63,176 nucleotides of DNA from positions 1 to 63,176 of the forward strand of contig JAVKSM010000002.1 of the NCBI GenBank assembly GCA_039583705.1. Reading direction: 5' to 3'. The translations under genes and the position numbers were made by a program. Position 1 is the stretch's first letter. The number at the start of each line of letters is the position of its first letter. A model generated the notes under the pieces. The model saw nothing but the letters and a program-made list of their open reading frames with translations, made no database searches and had not been told where the DNA came from. This DNA comes from Pseudonocardiaceae bacterium (lineage in GTDB: Bacteria; Actinomycetota; Actinomycetes; Mycobacteriales; Pseudonocardiaceae). This document shows positions 9,203 to 17,942 of this stretch, in pieces.

Positions 9203-9465
9203 GTCCGCGGTCCTTCCACCTCGCCCTGACCCTGATGGCCCGATGGTAGTCAGCGGATCCGCGGCTGACGTACCCGGTCACCCACGCCGACCTCGCCCCG
9301 GCACCGGCCCGGCGCTCCCCCGCCGCGTCGGCTCGCCACCCGCCTCGTAGACTGCACTCACGGCGATGGGACTCGCCGAAACCGCGGGCCACCCGGACCG
9401 CTGATGGTCTCTACCGCACAACCAGCCGGACGGCTGGACGACGGTAGAGGAGGACCCCGGGACCC

Positions 9466-10419
9466 ATGTTGCCCGTCTCCTTCGTGCAGGCGCTGCAGGT
9501 ACTCACCGTGCTCGTCGCGGCGCCGGGCATCAACGGCGTGGTCTCCCGGGTCCAGGCCCGGCTGCAGGGCCGGCGTGGGACGCGCCTGCTACAGCCCTAC
9601 TACGACATCGGCAAGTGGTTCCGCAAGGAGGCGCTGGCCCCGGTCGGCGCGAGCTGGGTGTTCCTCGCGGCGCCGCTGGTCGCGATGACCTGCTATCTCA
9701 CGGTGCCGCTGCTCATTCCGGTGCTGACGACGTTCCCGCTGCCCCTGGCGTACCTGGGTGACATCCTCGGCGGCGGGTTCATCCTGGCCCTGGCCAGCTT
9801 CGTCGTCGCGGTCGCCGCCGCCGGCACCGGTTCCCCTTACGCGCAGCTCGGGGCCAGCCGGGCCAAGACGTTCAGCGCGATCACCGAGCCGGTGGTGCTG
9901 TTCGTCGTGTTCACGGTCGCGATCGTGACCGGCACCGACCTGCCCTACGCGCTGGCCAGGACGGTGCGCGCATCCGCCGACCAGATCGTCCGCCCGGCCC
10001 ACCTGCTCGCCGCGGCCGCGCTGTTCCTCGTCATCCTCTACGAGACCGGCCGGATCCCGGTGGAAACCCACACCGGCAGCAACGAGTTCGGGATGATCGA
10101 GGAGGCCCGTCCGTTCGAGCACTCCGGCCCCTACCTGGCGCTGCTGCGCTGGGGCTCGGCGATGAAGCAGCTCATCCTTTTCGTGATCTTCATCAACGTC
10201 TTCGTCGCGCCGTGGGGGCTGGCCTCGGACGCCAGCGTGCTCGCCGTGGGGCTGGCGATCCTGGCCCTGGTCGGCAAGTCCGCGCTGCTCGGCGTCGGCA
10301 TCGCGGTGATCGACGACTCGTTCGCGAAGCTCCGCCTCTTCAAGATCACAGAGTTCGTGGCGGCAGCGTTCATGCTCGCCGTGCTCGCGGTGTTCACGCT
10401 CTACTTCGGAGGAGGCTGA
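9466..10419 (+). CDS. HyfC/HycD/NuoH-like membrane subunit
   Basis: The N-terminus 'GINGVVSRVQARLQGRRGTRLLQPYYDIGKWFRKE' is typical of HycD/NuoH. About 8 TM segments. First gene of a tightly packed operon. Confidence 0.85.
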   Translation: MLPVSFVQALQVLTVLVAAPGINGVVSRVQARLQGRRGTRLLQPYYDIGKWFRKEALAPVGASWVFLAAPLVAMTCYLTVPLLIPVLTTFPLPLAYLGDILGGGFILALASFVVAVAAAGTGSPYAQLGASRAKTFSAITEPVVLFVVFTVAIVTGTDLPYALARTVRASADQIVRPAHLLAAAALFLVILYETGRIPVETHTGSNEFGMIEEARPFEHSGPYLALLRWGSAMKQLILFVIFINVFVAPWGLASDASVLAVGLAILALVGKSALLGVGIAVIDDSFAKLRLFKITEFVAAAFMLAVLAVFTLYFGGG

Positions 10420-11106
10420 ATGGGCCATCTCGCGCAGGGCATCGCCGAGCCCCCCGGCAGCTACGCCGGACTGACCACCGTGCTGGCCGTGCTCATGCTG
10501 GTCATCGAGTTCGGCATGCTACAGGCCACATTGCTGCGCGCCCAGGTCAGGCTGTATGCCGCCCAGTCGGTGGTGATCTCCGTCCTGGCGGTGGTGGTGG
10601 CTGCCACCCGCCACGTGCCGGGGTTGTACGGGTTGGCGGCGTTCTCGGTGGCGCTCAAGGTGGTCGCCGTGCCGCTGGTCATGCTGCGGCTGCTGCGTCG
10701 CACCAACCAGGAGATCGCCGGCAGCCGGGCGCTCGGCGTGGCGAGCATGGTGCTGCTCGCGGTGGCGGTCGCCGCCTTCGGGTTCTTCGCCAGCGCCCGG
10801 TTCCGCCTGGCCAGCCCGGTGCTGCCGGCCACCGCGCTGGCGGTGGCCGTGGCGATCGTCCTGGTGTCGTTCGTCCTCATGATCATGCGAAGGGACGTCG
10901 TCTCCCAGGCGGTCGGGTTCTTCGTTCTGGAGAACGGTGTCTCGCTGGCGAGCCTGGTCGTGGCCGCCAGCCTGCCGCTGATCCTCGAGGTCGCGTTCCT
11001 GTTCGACCTGCTGGTGGCCGTCGTGGTGTTCGGCGTGCTGATCCGCCTGCACCACCTCCGGTCCGAGACGCTGTCCACGTCGCAGCTCACCGAGTTGCGG
11101 GGGTGA
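10420..11106 (+). CDS. HyfE/HycP-like small membrane subunit (NuoK-related)
   Basis: 228-aa polytopic protein. The ATG immediately follows the upstream stop. Position and size match HyfE-type subunits. Confidence 0.7.
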   Translation: MGHLAQGIAEPPGSYAGLTTVLAVLMLVIEFGMLQATLLRAQVRLYAAQSVVISVLAVVVAATRHVPGLYGLAAFSVALKVVAVPLVMLRLLRRTNQEIAGSRALGVASMVLLAVAVAAFGFFASARFRLASPVLPATALAVAVAIVLVSFVLMIMRRDVVSQAVGFFVLENGVSLASLVVAASLPLILEVAFLFDLLVAVVVFGVLIRLHHLRSETLSTSQLTELRG

Positions 11107-11111
11107 CGCCG

Positions 11112-12584
11112 ATGACCGTCGTCCTCGTGCTGCTCGCGCTGCTCCCGCTGGTGGCCGCGGCCCTCTCGCTGGTTCCGGGACGGGCGGTGGCGCCCGCGGT
11201 CAGCGTCGGGGTTGGCCTCGCCTGCCTCGGCCTCGCCCTCACGCTGGTTCCCGCGGCGGCGCGGGGCCCGGTCGGGATCGGGTTCCTGCGGGTCGACGCG
11301 ATCTCGGTGGTCTTCCTCCTCGGCACGGCTTTCCTCTACGCCGCCACCGCCGTCTACTCCGTCGGCTACCTGCGCGGTGAGCGGGAGCGGGAGGGTTGGG
11401 TGCGTTACTCCCGGTGGTTCTGGACCGGGCTCGACCTGTTCGCCTGGGCCATGCTGTGTGCCCCGCTGATGGACGGCCTGGCGCTGCTGTGGATCGCCGT
11501 GGAGATCACCACCGTGGTCTCCGCACTGCTCGTCGCCCTGGACGGCACCCGGCGCAGCGCCGAGGCGGCGTGGAAGTACGTGCTCATCGCGTCGTCTGGG
11601 CTGGGCATCGCCCTGCTCGCCACGATCGTCATGTACCACGCGGGCGCCTCGGTGCTCGGGGCGTCCTACGACCTGTCCTTCCCGCCCCTTCTCAGCGCCG
11701 GGTCGGCCCTGCCACATCCCGCGGTGGAGTTGGCGTTCGTACTCGCGGTGGTCGGGTTCGGCACCAAGGTCGGGCTGTTCCCGGTGCACACCTGGCTGCC
11801 CGACGCGCACTCCGAGGCGCCGACCCCGGTCTCCGCGCTGCTGTCCGGCTCGCTGCTCGCGGTGAGCTTCTACGCCGTGCTGCGTTACTACCAGGTCGCG
11901 GTCGCCACGCTGGGCGGCAGCTTCCCCCGGGTCGTGCTGCTCGTCTTCGGCATGCTCTCGCTGCTGCTCGCCGCGGTGTACCTGGTCGAGCAGCGCAACC
12001 TCAAGCGGCTGCTGGCCTACTCCAGTGTCGAGCACATGGGCATCCTGGCGATCGGGGTGTCGTTCGGCGCGCCGCTCGCCTTCGCCGGGGTGCTGCTGCA
12101 CGTGCTGTCCCACGCCGCGGCCAAGGGCAACGCGTTCTTCGGTGCCGGCGTGCTGGTACGGGCTTGCGGCAGCAAACAGATCGGACGGATCCGAGGTGGC
12201 TTCGACCGGCTGCCCTGGACCGCGCCGCTGTTCCTCTTCACGATCCTCGCGCTGTCCGCGATGCCGCCCTTCGGACTGTTCCGCAGCGAGTTCCAGATCG
12301 TCGCCGGTGGCCTGGGCTCGGCCCACGACGCTCCGGCGGCGGCCATGGTCGCCTTGGTCACGCTGGCCTTCCTCGGATTGTCACTGGCCACCACGCGGAT
12401 GCTGTTCCTCCCCGGCGCGGATTCGCCGGGAGCCGCGGCTGCGCCGCGGGGCGAGCCGAGCGCGTGGATGGTGGCGCCGATGCTCGTCGGGATCCTCGCG
12501 CTGCTGGTGCTGGGCTTGCACCCGCCGGACGCGCTCACCGACCTCCTCACCCGTGGTGCCGCCGAGCTGGGAGGGGCGCGGTGA
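11112..12584 (+). CDS. HyfF/HycQ-like antiporter-type subunit (NuoM/N family)
   Basis: 'FPVHTWLPDAHSEAPTPVSALLSG' and 'KRLLAYSSVEHMG' are NuoL/M/N-family motifs. Start ATG 11112 lies within a longer shadow ORF. Confidence 0.85.
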   Translation: MTVVLVLLALLPLVAAALSLVPGRAVAPAVSVGVGLACLGLALTLVPAAARGPVGIGFLRVDAISVVFLLGTAFLYAATAVYSVGYLRGEREREGWVRYSRWFWTGLDLFAWAMLCAPLMDGLALLWIAVEITTVVSALLVALDGTRRSAEAAWKYVLIASSGLGIALLATIVMYHAGASVLGASYDLSFPPLLSAGSALPHPAVELAFVLAVVGFGTKVGLFPVHTWLPDAHSEAPTPVSALLSGSLLAVSFYAVLRYYQVAVATLGGSFPRVVLLVFGMLSLLLAAVYLVEQRNLKRLLAYSSVEHMGILAIGVSFGAPLAFAGVLLHVLSHAAAKGNAFFGAGVLVRACGSKQIGRIRGGFDRLPWTAPLFLFTILALSAMPPFGLFRSEFQIVAGGLGSAHDAPAAAMVALVTLAFLGLSLATTRMLFLPGADSPGAAAAPRGEPSAWMVAPMLVGILALLVLGLHPPDALTDLLTRGAAELGGAR

Positions 12585-14086
12585 GCCTGTCGACGGCGCA
12601 GCGCCCGGCCCGGGACGCGGTCGGGGCACTGCAGGCCAACCTGTGCGCCCGGCTCGCCGAGGGCCAGCGGTTCGCCGGACTGCTCGGGCGCGGTGATCCC
12701 GCCTCCGGGACCGTGCTCACCGCGCTCGTGGCACACGGCGGCGAGCTCACCCCGCTGCGCGCCGCCCTGCCTGCCGGGGTCACCCGGTACCCCGCCCTGA
12801 CGCCGAGCGTCCCGGCGGCGTTCTGGTACGAGCGGGCGATCCACGACCTGGTCGGCCTGGTGCCCGAGGGGCACCCTCGGCTGGACCCGCTCGTGCTGCC
12901 GCACCGCGACGACGAAGGCCCGCTGCCCCACCCGGGCGCTGCCGGTCAGCCCGCGCGGATCGACCCCGACGAGCGGGCGCTCTCGACGCACGTGTCCGGC
13001 CCGGGCGTGTTCACCATCCCGCACGGCCCGGTGCGCTCGGGGGTGTTCGAGTCCGTCGAGTACCTGGTGGAGACCGCGGGTGAGGACATCCTCCACCTGC
13101 GGATCCGCCCGCACGCCAAGCACCGCGGGGTGCAGAAGCGGTTCGAGGGCATGACCGTGCAGGACGGGGTGCTGCTGGCGGAACGGGTCGAGGGGATCGC
13201 CTCGGTGGCCCACGCGCTGGCCTTCGCGCACGCCGTCGAGACCATCGCGGACGTGGCTGTGCCGCCCGCCGCCGAGCTGCTGCGGGTGCTGCACGCCGAG
13301 TTGGAGCGGGTCGCCAACCACCTCGACGTCCTCGCCAAGCTCACCGACGCCGCCGGGCTGGCCGTGGCCACCGCGCGGTTCACGCTGCACAAGGAACGCG
13401 CCCTGCGGTTCGCCGGTGCGCTGTGCGGCAGCCGGTTCGGGCGCGGCGTCGTCGTGCCCGGTGGCGTGAGCGCGGCCCCCCGGCTGTCCGGCGACGACAT
13501 CGGTGCCGGGCTGGAGCGGTTGCGGCGCGCGGTCGACGGCGACGTGCGCGCGCTGCTGGGCACCTCGTCGTTCCTTGACCGCGTCCGCGGCACCGGGCCG
13601 CTCGCTGTCGAGCTCGCCCGCAGCCACGGCGCGCTCGGCCCGGTAGGCCGCGCCTCCGGGTGCGTCGAGGACTGCCGGGTCACGCGTCCCTACGACGGCT
13701 ACCGCCAGCTCGCGGCGCCACCGGTCCCGGCCCGCGAGGCGGGCGACGCGCAGGCCCGGACGCAGGTCCGCATCGAGGAGATCGGGGCGTCGTTCCGCCT
13801 CACCCACCAGGCGCTCGCCCGGCTGCCCACCTGCGACGAGGCCCGCCTGCAGGTCGCGGTGCCAGCGGTGGCGGGGCAGGCGCTCGGCTGGGCGGAGGCA
13901 CCGCAGGGCGAGGTGCTCTACCTGCTACAGGTCGACGGCGAGGGTCGGATCCGCTACTGCGCGCCGCGGTCGGCGTCCTTCCACAACCTGGTGCTGTTCC
14001 CGTCGACGTTCGTCGGTGACATCCTCACCGACTTCCCCTTCATCGAGGCCAGTTTCGGGCTGTCCGTCGCGGGGGTGGTGATGTAG
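12581..14086 (+). CDS. HycE/NuoCD-like 'large subunit' lacking all four Ni-Fe cysteine ligands
   Basis: It has a NuoC-like part ('AAFWYERAIHDLVGLVPEGHPRLDPL') and a NuoD/HycE-like part. The N-terminal ligand motif reads 'AERVEGIASVAH' instead of RxCGxCxxxH. The C-terminus reads 'FIEASFGLSVAGVVM' instead of DPCxxCxx(H/R). GTGA start/stop overlap with the upstream gene. Confidence 0.85.
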   Translation: MSLSTAQRPARDAVGALQANLCARLAEGQRFAGLLGRGDPASGTVLTALVAHGGELTPLRAALPAGVTRYPALTPSVPAAFWYERAIHDLVGLVPEGHPRLDPLVLPHRDDEGPLPHPGAAGQPARIDPDERALSTHVSGPGVFTIPHGPVRSGVFESVEYLVETAGEDILHLRIRPHAKHRGVQKRFEGMTVQDGVLLAERVEGIASVAHALAFAHAVETIADVAVPPAAELLRVLHAELERVANHLDVLAKLTDAAGLAVATARFTLHKERALRFAGALCGSRFGRGVVVPGGVSAAPRLSGDDIGAGLERLRRAVDGDVRALLGTSSFLDRVRGTGPLAVELARSHGALGPVGRASGCVEDCRVTRPYDGYRQLAAPPVPAREAGDAQARTQVRIEEIGASFRLTHQALARLPTCDEARLQVAVPAVAGQALGWAEAPQGEVLYLLQVDGEGRIRYCAPRSASFHNLVLFPSTFVGDILTDFPFIEASFGLSVAGVVM

Positions 14087-14938
14087 ATGCCGGAGACCAG
14101 CTCGCCGGAGACCGAGCCGCGGGAGGCCAGCTTGCCGGAGGCCAGGTCGCTGTGGGCCGGGTTGCCGTGGGCGCTGCGGGGGCTGCGCGAGGGGGTGGTC
14201 ACGACCCGCTACCCCCGCCGGCCGGACCCCTACGCCGAGACCTTCCCGGCCGCGGTGGCGCCGCTCGCGGATGCGCCCGTCGAGTCGGTCCGGGATGGGT
14301 CCTTCTGCCCGACCGGCGCGATCCGGGGCGGCGACGGCGCGATCCGGGTGGACACCGGGCGCTGCATCCTCTGTGGCCGGTGCGTGCGGGAGCGGCCGGA
14401 CCTCTTTGGCTGGGTTCCCGGCAGCGCGACGGCGCGGCTGCACCGGCAGGCGCTGGTCGTCCCCCAGCTCCCGGAGACCGACGAGGCCGTCGAGCGGGTC
14501 CGCGCAGCGCTGGCGGCCCGCACCCGGATGCTGCGCCGGTCCGTGCACATCAGACACGTCGACGCCGGCTCGGACGGCTCGGAGGAGTGGGAGGTGCTCG
14601 CCCTGCTCAACCCGGTCTACGACGTGCACCGCCTCGGGATCTTCTTCACCGCCAGCCCCCGGCACGCCGACGTCCTGCTCGTCACGGGGGCGGGCTCGCA
14701 CGGCATGGCCGAGCCATTGGGTCGGACGATCGAGGCCATCCCGCGGCCGTACCTCGTCGTCGCTGCCGGAACCGATGCGGTCAGTGGTGGCCTCCTCGCC
14801 CCGGGCTACGCGGTCGCCGGCGGCATCGGCGAGCACCTCGACGTCGACGTGTGGGTGCCAGGCTCGCCGCCGTCCCCATTCAGCTTGCTGCACGCGCTGC
14901 TGCTCGCTGTCGGACGGATCAGACCAGGAGGCCGGTAG
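14087..14938 (+). CDS. fused NuoI/HycF-like ferredoxin remnant + NuoB/HycG-like 'small subunit' lacking the proximal-cluster cysteines
   Basis: The N-terminal half keeps only 'CPTGAI' plus 'CILCGRCVRERP'. The C-terminal half aligns to NuoB/HycG, but its motifs read 'HVDAGSDGSEEWEV', 'AAGTDAVSGG' and 'VPGSPPSP'. All four Cys positions are substituted. Confidence 0.8.
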   Translation: MPETSSPETEPREASLPEARSLWAGLPWALRGLREGVVTTRYPRRPDPYAETFPAAVAPLADAPVESVRDGSFCPTGAIRGGDGAIRVDTGRCILCGRCVRERPDLFGWVPGSATARLHRQALVVPQLPETDEAVERVRAALAARTRMLRRSVHIRHVDAGSDGSEEWEVLALLNPVYDVHRLGIFFTASPRHADVLLVTGAGSHGMAEPLGRTIEAIPRPYLVVAAGTDAVSGGLLAPGYAVAGGIGEHLDVDVWVPGSPPSPFSLLHALLLAVGRIRPGGR

Positions 14939-16972
14939 ATGCCCGCGTCGCTGCTCGCCGCGTCCCTGCTGGGGCTGGCCGCCGCCGGGCTGCTCGACCT
15001 GGTGGCCGGCGTTCGCAGCGCCGTGCTCCGCCCGGTGCCCTACCTCGTGGCCGCAGCCGCGTCGGTGCTGCTGGTCGTCGTCGGGGCCGCGGGCGTCGCC
15101 GGCGGCCGCCCCCGGCTCGGGCTGGGCTCCGCCCTCGGATCGGGGCTGCTCGGCTTCGGCGCCACCGGCCTGTCCGTCGACCCGCTCTCCGGGCTCTTCC
15201 TGCTGATCAGCTTCGGGGTGGCTGTCCCGGTGTGCCTGGTGTGCGCCGGTTGGGCCGCCCGACCGGGCCGGGTCCGGTACCGGGGACTGGCCGCGGAGCA
15301 CTGCCTGGTGCTCGCCTCGGTCGCCGTGATCACCACCGCGGACGACGTCTTCCTGTTCCTGCTGGCGTGGGAGCTGCTCACGGTTGCCTTCTACCTACTG
15401 GTCGGCTTCGAGCGGTCCAAGGCCGGCCGGGCCGACGCGGCGGTCACCACGCTCGCCCTGAGCAAGGTGAGCGGTGCGGCGCTGCTGCTCGGCTTCCTGT
15501 TGCTCGCCACCCGCGCCGGGGGTTTCACCTTCGCAGACCTCACCGCTCTGCCCAGGTCGGGGCTGCGGGACGCGGCGTTCGCACTGCTCGTCGGCGGGTT
15601 CGCGGTCAAGGTGGGGCTGGTGCCACTGCACGTCTGGATGCCCCGCGGTTACCGGGCCGCCCCCGGGCCGCTGCGAGCGGTGATGGCCGGGGTCGCGGTC
15701 AACGTCGGCTTCTACGGGATGTGGCGCACCCCGCAACTGCTGCAGGTGCCGCCGGGGTGGCTCGCGGTGGCGGTGCTGCTGCTCGGCGGCTTCACCGCCC
15801 TGCTGGGGATCGCCCACGCCACGGTGCAGACCGACCTGGCCGAGAGCGTCGCCTACTCCAGCGTCGAGAACGGCGGCCTGATCGCCGTCGGGTACGGCAT
15901 CGCCCTCGTGGGGGCGGCCACCGGCCGCCCGGCGCTGCTCGCCGTCGGGCTGCTCGCGGCCACCCTGCAGGCCGTGGCGCACGCCCTGGCGAAGTCGCTG
16001 CTGTTCTGCGCCACCTCCGGGATCGAGGACGCCACCGGCACCACCGAGCTGGAGGCGCTCCGCGGCGTCGGACACCGCCTGCCGGTCAGCGGGACCGGCC
16101 TGGCCTTCGGTGCGCTCACCCTCGCGGGGCTGCCGCTGACCGCGGGGTTCGTCTCGGAGTGGTTCCTGCTCGAGGCGCTCATGCAGCAGTTCCGGGTGGG
16201 TCGGCTGGTCTACGCGCTGCCGATGGCGCTCGCCGGTGCCCTGGTCGCGGTCACCGCCGGGTTCGCAGCGGTCGCCTTCGTGCGGATCGTGGGTCTCGTC
16301 GTGCTCGGGCCCCGCAGCCCGGGCGAGGCGCGCCGTACCCGGGACATCGGTGGGCTGGGCGGCAGTGGCCTGGCGCTGCTCGGGTTCGGCTGCCTGGGAC
16401 TCGCGGCGGTCGCTCCGCTCTGGATCCGCGTGCTGGCCGCCGGGCTCGACCCGGTGGTCAGGCGGGAGGTGACGGTCAGGTCGCTGAAGTCGCAGTGGGT
16501 GCTGCAGCCGGTCTATGCGGAGTTCTCGGCCCTCTCACCGTCCTGGCTCGCCGTCGCGATGCCCGTCCTGCTGCTCGGCGTGATCGCACTGTGCGTCGTC
16601 CTCGGTCGCGGGCGGATGTTCGCTGTCCGCCGGGTGCCGGCCTGGCGCTCGGCGACCGGCGGGGTGGCCGGGGAGAACCAGTACACCCCTTTCGGGTTCG
16701 CCAACCCCACTCGCAAGGTGCTGGCGAACCTGCTGCTCACCCGCTCCGAGCTCAGGGTTTTGGAGCGGGAGAGCGGCTCCCCGGCCCACCTCGGCTACAC
16801 CGCCGACGTGGTCGAAGTCGTCGAGCGGTTCCTGTTCCGCCCACTCGGCCGGCCGCTGCTCGCCCTCGTCCGCGCCGCGAAGCGGTTGCAGAGCGGCCGG
16901 CTGGATGCCTACCTCGGCTACCTGCTGCTGGCCGTGCTGGCCGTGCTCGCGGTCGTCGCCGGACTGGCCTGA
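14939..16972 (+). CDS. HyfB/NuoL-like antiporter-type subunit
   Basis: 677 aa. Carries 'VPLHVWMPRGYRAAPGPLRAVMAG' and 'AYSSVENGG' NuoL/M/N motifs. The ATG directly follows the upstream TAG. Confidence 0.85.
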   Translation: MPASLLAASLLGLAAAGLLDLVAGVRSAVLRPVPYLVAAAASVLLVVVGAAGVAGGRPRLGLGSALGSGLLGFGATGLSVDPLSGLFLLISFGVAVPVCLVCAGWAARPGRVRYRGLAAEHCLVLASVAVITTADDVFLFLLAWELLTVAFYLLVGFERSKAGRADAAVTTLALSKVSGAALLLGFLLLATRAGGFTFADLTALPRSGLRDAAFALLVGGFAVKVGLVPLHVWMPRGYRAAPGPLRAVMAGVAVNVGFYGMWRTPQLLQVPPGWLAVAVLLLGGFTALLGIAHATVQTDLAESVAYSSVENGGLIAVGYGIALVGAATGRPALLAVGLLAATLQAVAHALAKSLLFCATSGIEDATGTTELEALRGVGHRLPVSGTGLAFGALTLAGLPLTAGFVSEWFLLEALMQQFRVGRLVYALPMALAGALVAVTAGFAAVAFVRIVGLVVLGPRSPGEARRTRDIGGLGGSGLALLGFGCLGLAAVAPLWIRVLAAGLDPVVRREVTVRSLKSQWVLQPVYAEFSALSPSWLAVAMPVLLLGVIALCVVLGRGRMFAVRRVPAWRSATGGVAGENQYTPFGFANPTRKVLANLLLTRSELRVLERESGSPAHLGYTADVVEVVERFLFRPLGRPLLALVRAAKRLQSGRLDAYLGYLLLAVLAVLAVVAGLA

Positions 16973-17033
16973 GAGCACCGCTTCCAGCGAGTGGGGTCGA
17001 CGCGGCGCGGGAGATCGCGCAGGATCTCAGACC

Positions 17034-17813
17034 GTGGATGCCGTCGACCGTTTCACCGCGCTCGTCACAGGACGCCGCCGTGCTCTTGAGCTGGACCGGG
17101 CCTGCCTGGCCATCGCCGCCGGGGCACACCGGGACGTCGACGCGGATCACTGGTGCCGCGAGCTGGACCGGCTCGCGCGCGGTGTGGACTCGCTGGAAGG
17201 CCTGGTGCACCGGCTCTTCGTCGAGGAGGGCTTCACGGGGGACAGGGAGGGCTACTACGACCCCCGCAACTCGCTGCTGCCCGACGTGCTCTCCCGCCGG
17301 CTCGGCATCCCGATCACCCTGTCGGTGGTGTGCCTGGAGGTCGGTCGGCGGGCCGGCGTTGCGCTGGAGGGCGTCGGGATGCCCGGCCACTTCCTCGTCC
17401 GCCCGGTCGGCACCCGCCATCACCTCGACGCGTTCGACGGCGGCCGGATGCTCGACCTCGCCGACTGCGAAGCCCTGTTCCGGGCGAGCACCCGCGCCGG
17501 CCCCCGCACCCCGTTCCGGCCCGAGCTGCTGGCCACCACGCCGACCCCGGCGATCCTGGCCCGGGTACTGCAGAACCTGCGGGAGGTCTACCGCCGGCTG
17601 CGCCGCAACGCCGACCTGGAGTGGGTGCTGCGGATGCGGCTCGTCCTGCCCGGCGCCGGCCCAGCCGAGCTGCTCGAGCTGGGCAGGGCGATGGGTGAGC
17701 AGGGCCGCTGGCTCGAAGGCGCGCGCTTCCTGCACTCCCACGCCCCGCAGTGGCCAGCGCACGCTGAGACGCTCCAGACCGCGGCGCGCGCGCTGCAGGC
17801 CCACCTGAACTGA
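17034..17813 (+). CDS. SirB1/transglutaminase-like + TPR-like protein (UPF0162-type)
   Basis: 'YYDPRNSLLPDVLSRRLGIPITLSVVCLEVGRRAGVALEGVGMPGHFLV' matches the SirB1 N-terminal domain pattern. GTG 17034 chosen as start. Confidence 0.65.
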   Translation: MDAVDRFTALVTGRRRALELDRACLAIAAGAHRDVDADHWCRELDRLARGVDSLEGLVHRLFVEEGFTGDREGYYDPRNSLLPDVLSRRLGIPITLSVVCLEVGRRAGVALEGVGMPGHFLVRPVGTRHHLDAFDGGRMLDLADCEALFRASTRAGPRTPFRPELLATTPTPAILARVLQNLREVYRRLRRNADLEWVLRMRLVLPGAGPAELLELGRAMGEQGRWLEGARFLHSHAPQWPAHAETLQTAARALQAHLN

Positions 17814-17942
17814 CCGGGGTTGCCGACCGCCCGGCATGACGACCGAAGGGAACTCCTGGCCGCGGGCTGGCCCAGGTAGGCGTACGTGTGGGCGAACAGC
17901 AGCCAGGTGCCGGCCTCCTCCTCGCGCTTGGCGATGTCAACC

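Noticed and set aside
9253-9262. 10-bp palindrome GCGGATCCGC in the AOX/Ehr divergent region as an operator
   Set aside because: Palindromes of this length are expected by chance many times in 63 kb of GC-rich DNA, and there are no flanking symmetry or repeat copies.
12581-14938. Calling the cluster a functional formate hydrogenlyase / [NiFe] hydrogenase-4
   Set aside because: All four Ni-Fe ligand cysteines of the large subunit and all four proximal-cluster cysteines of the small subunit are substituted in my manual alignment.
14152-17808. 1,218-aa plus-strand ORF, with many similar long ORFs such as 10461-12326(-), 22748-24313(-), 23554-25767(-), 25374-27809(+), 19694-21493(+) and 37958-39244(-)
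   Set aside because: Their translations are Arg/Pro/Gly/Ala-rich low-complexity strings with no motifs, and they overlap well-supported genes in other frames. These are typical stop-codon-poor shadow frames of very GC-rich DNA.
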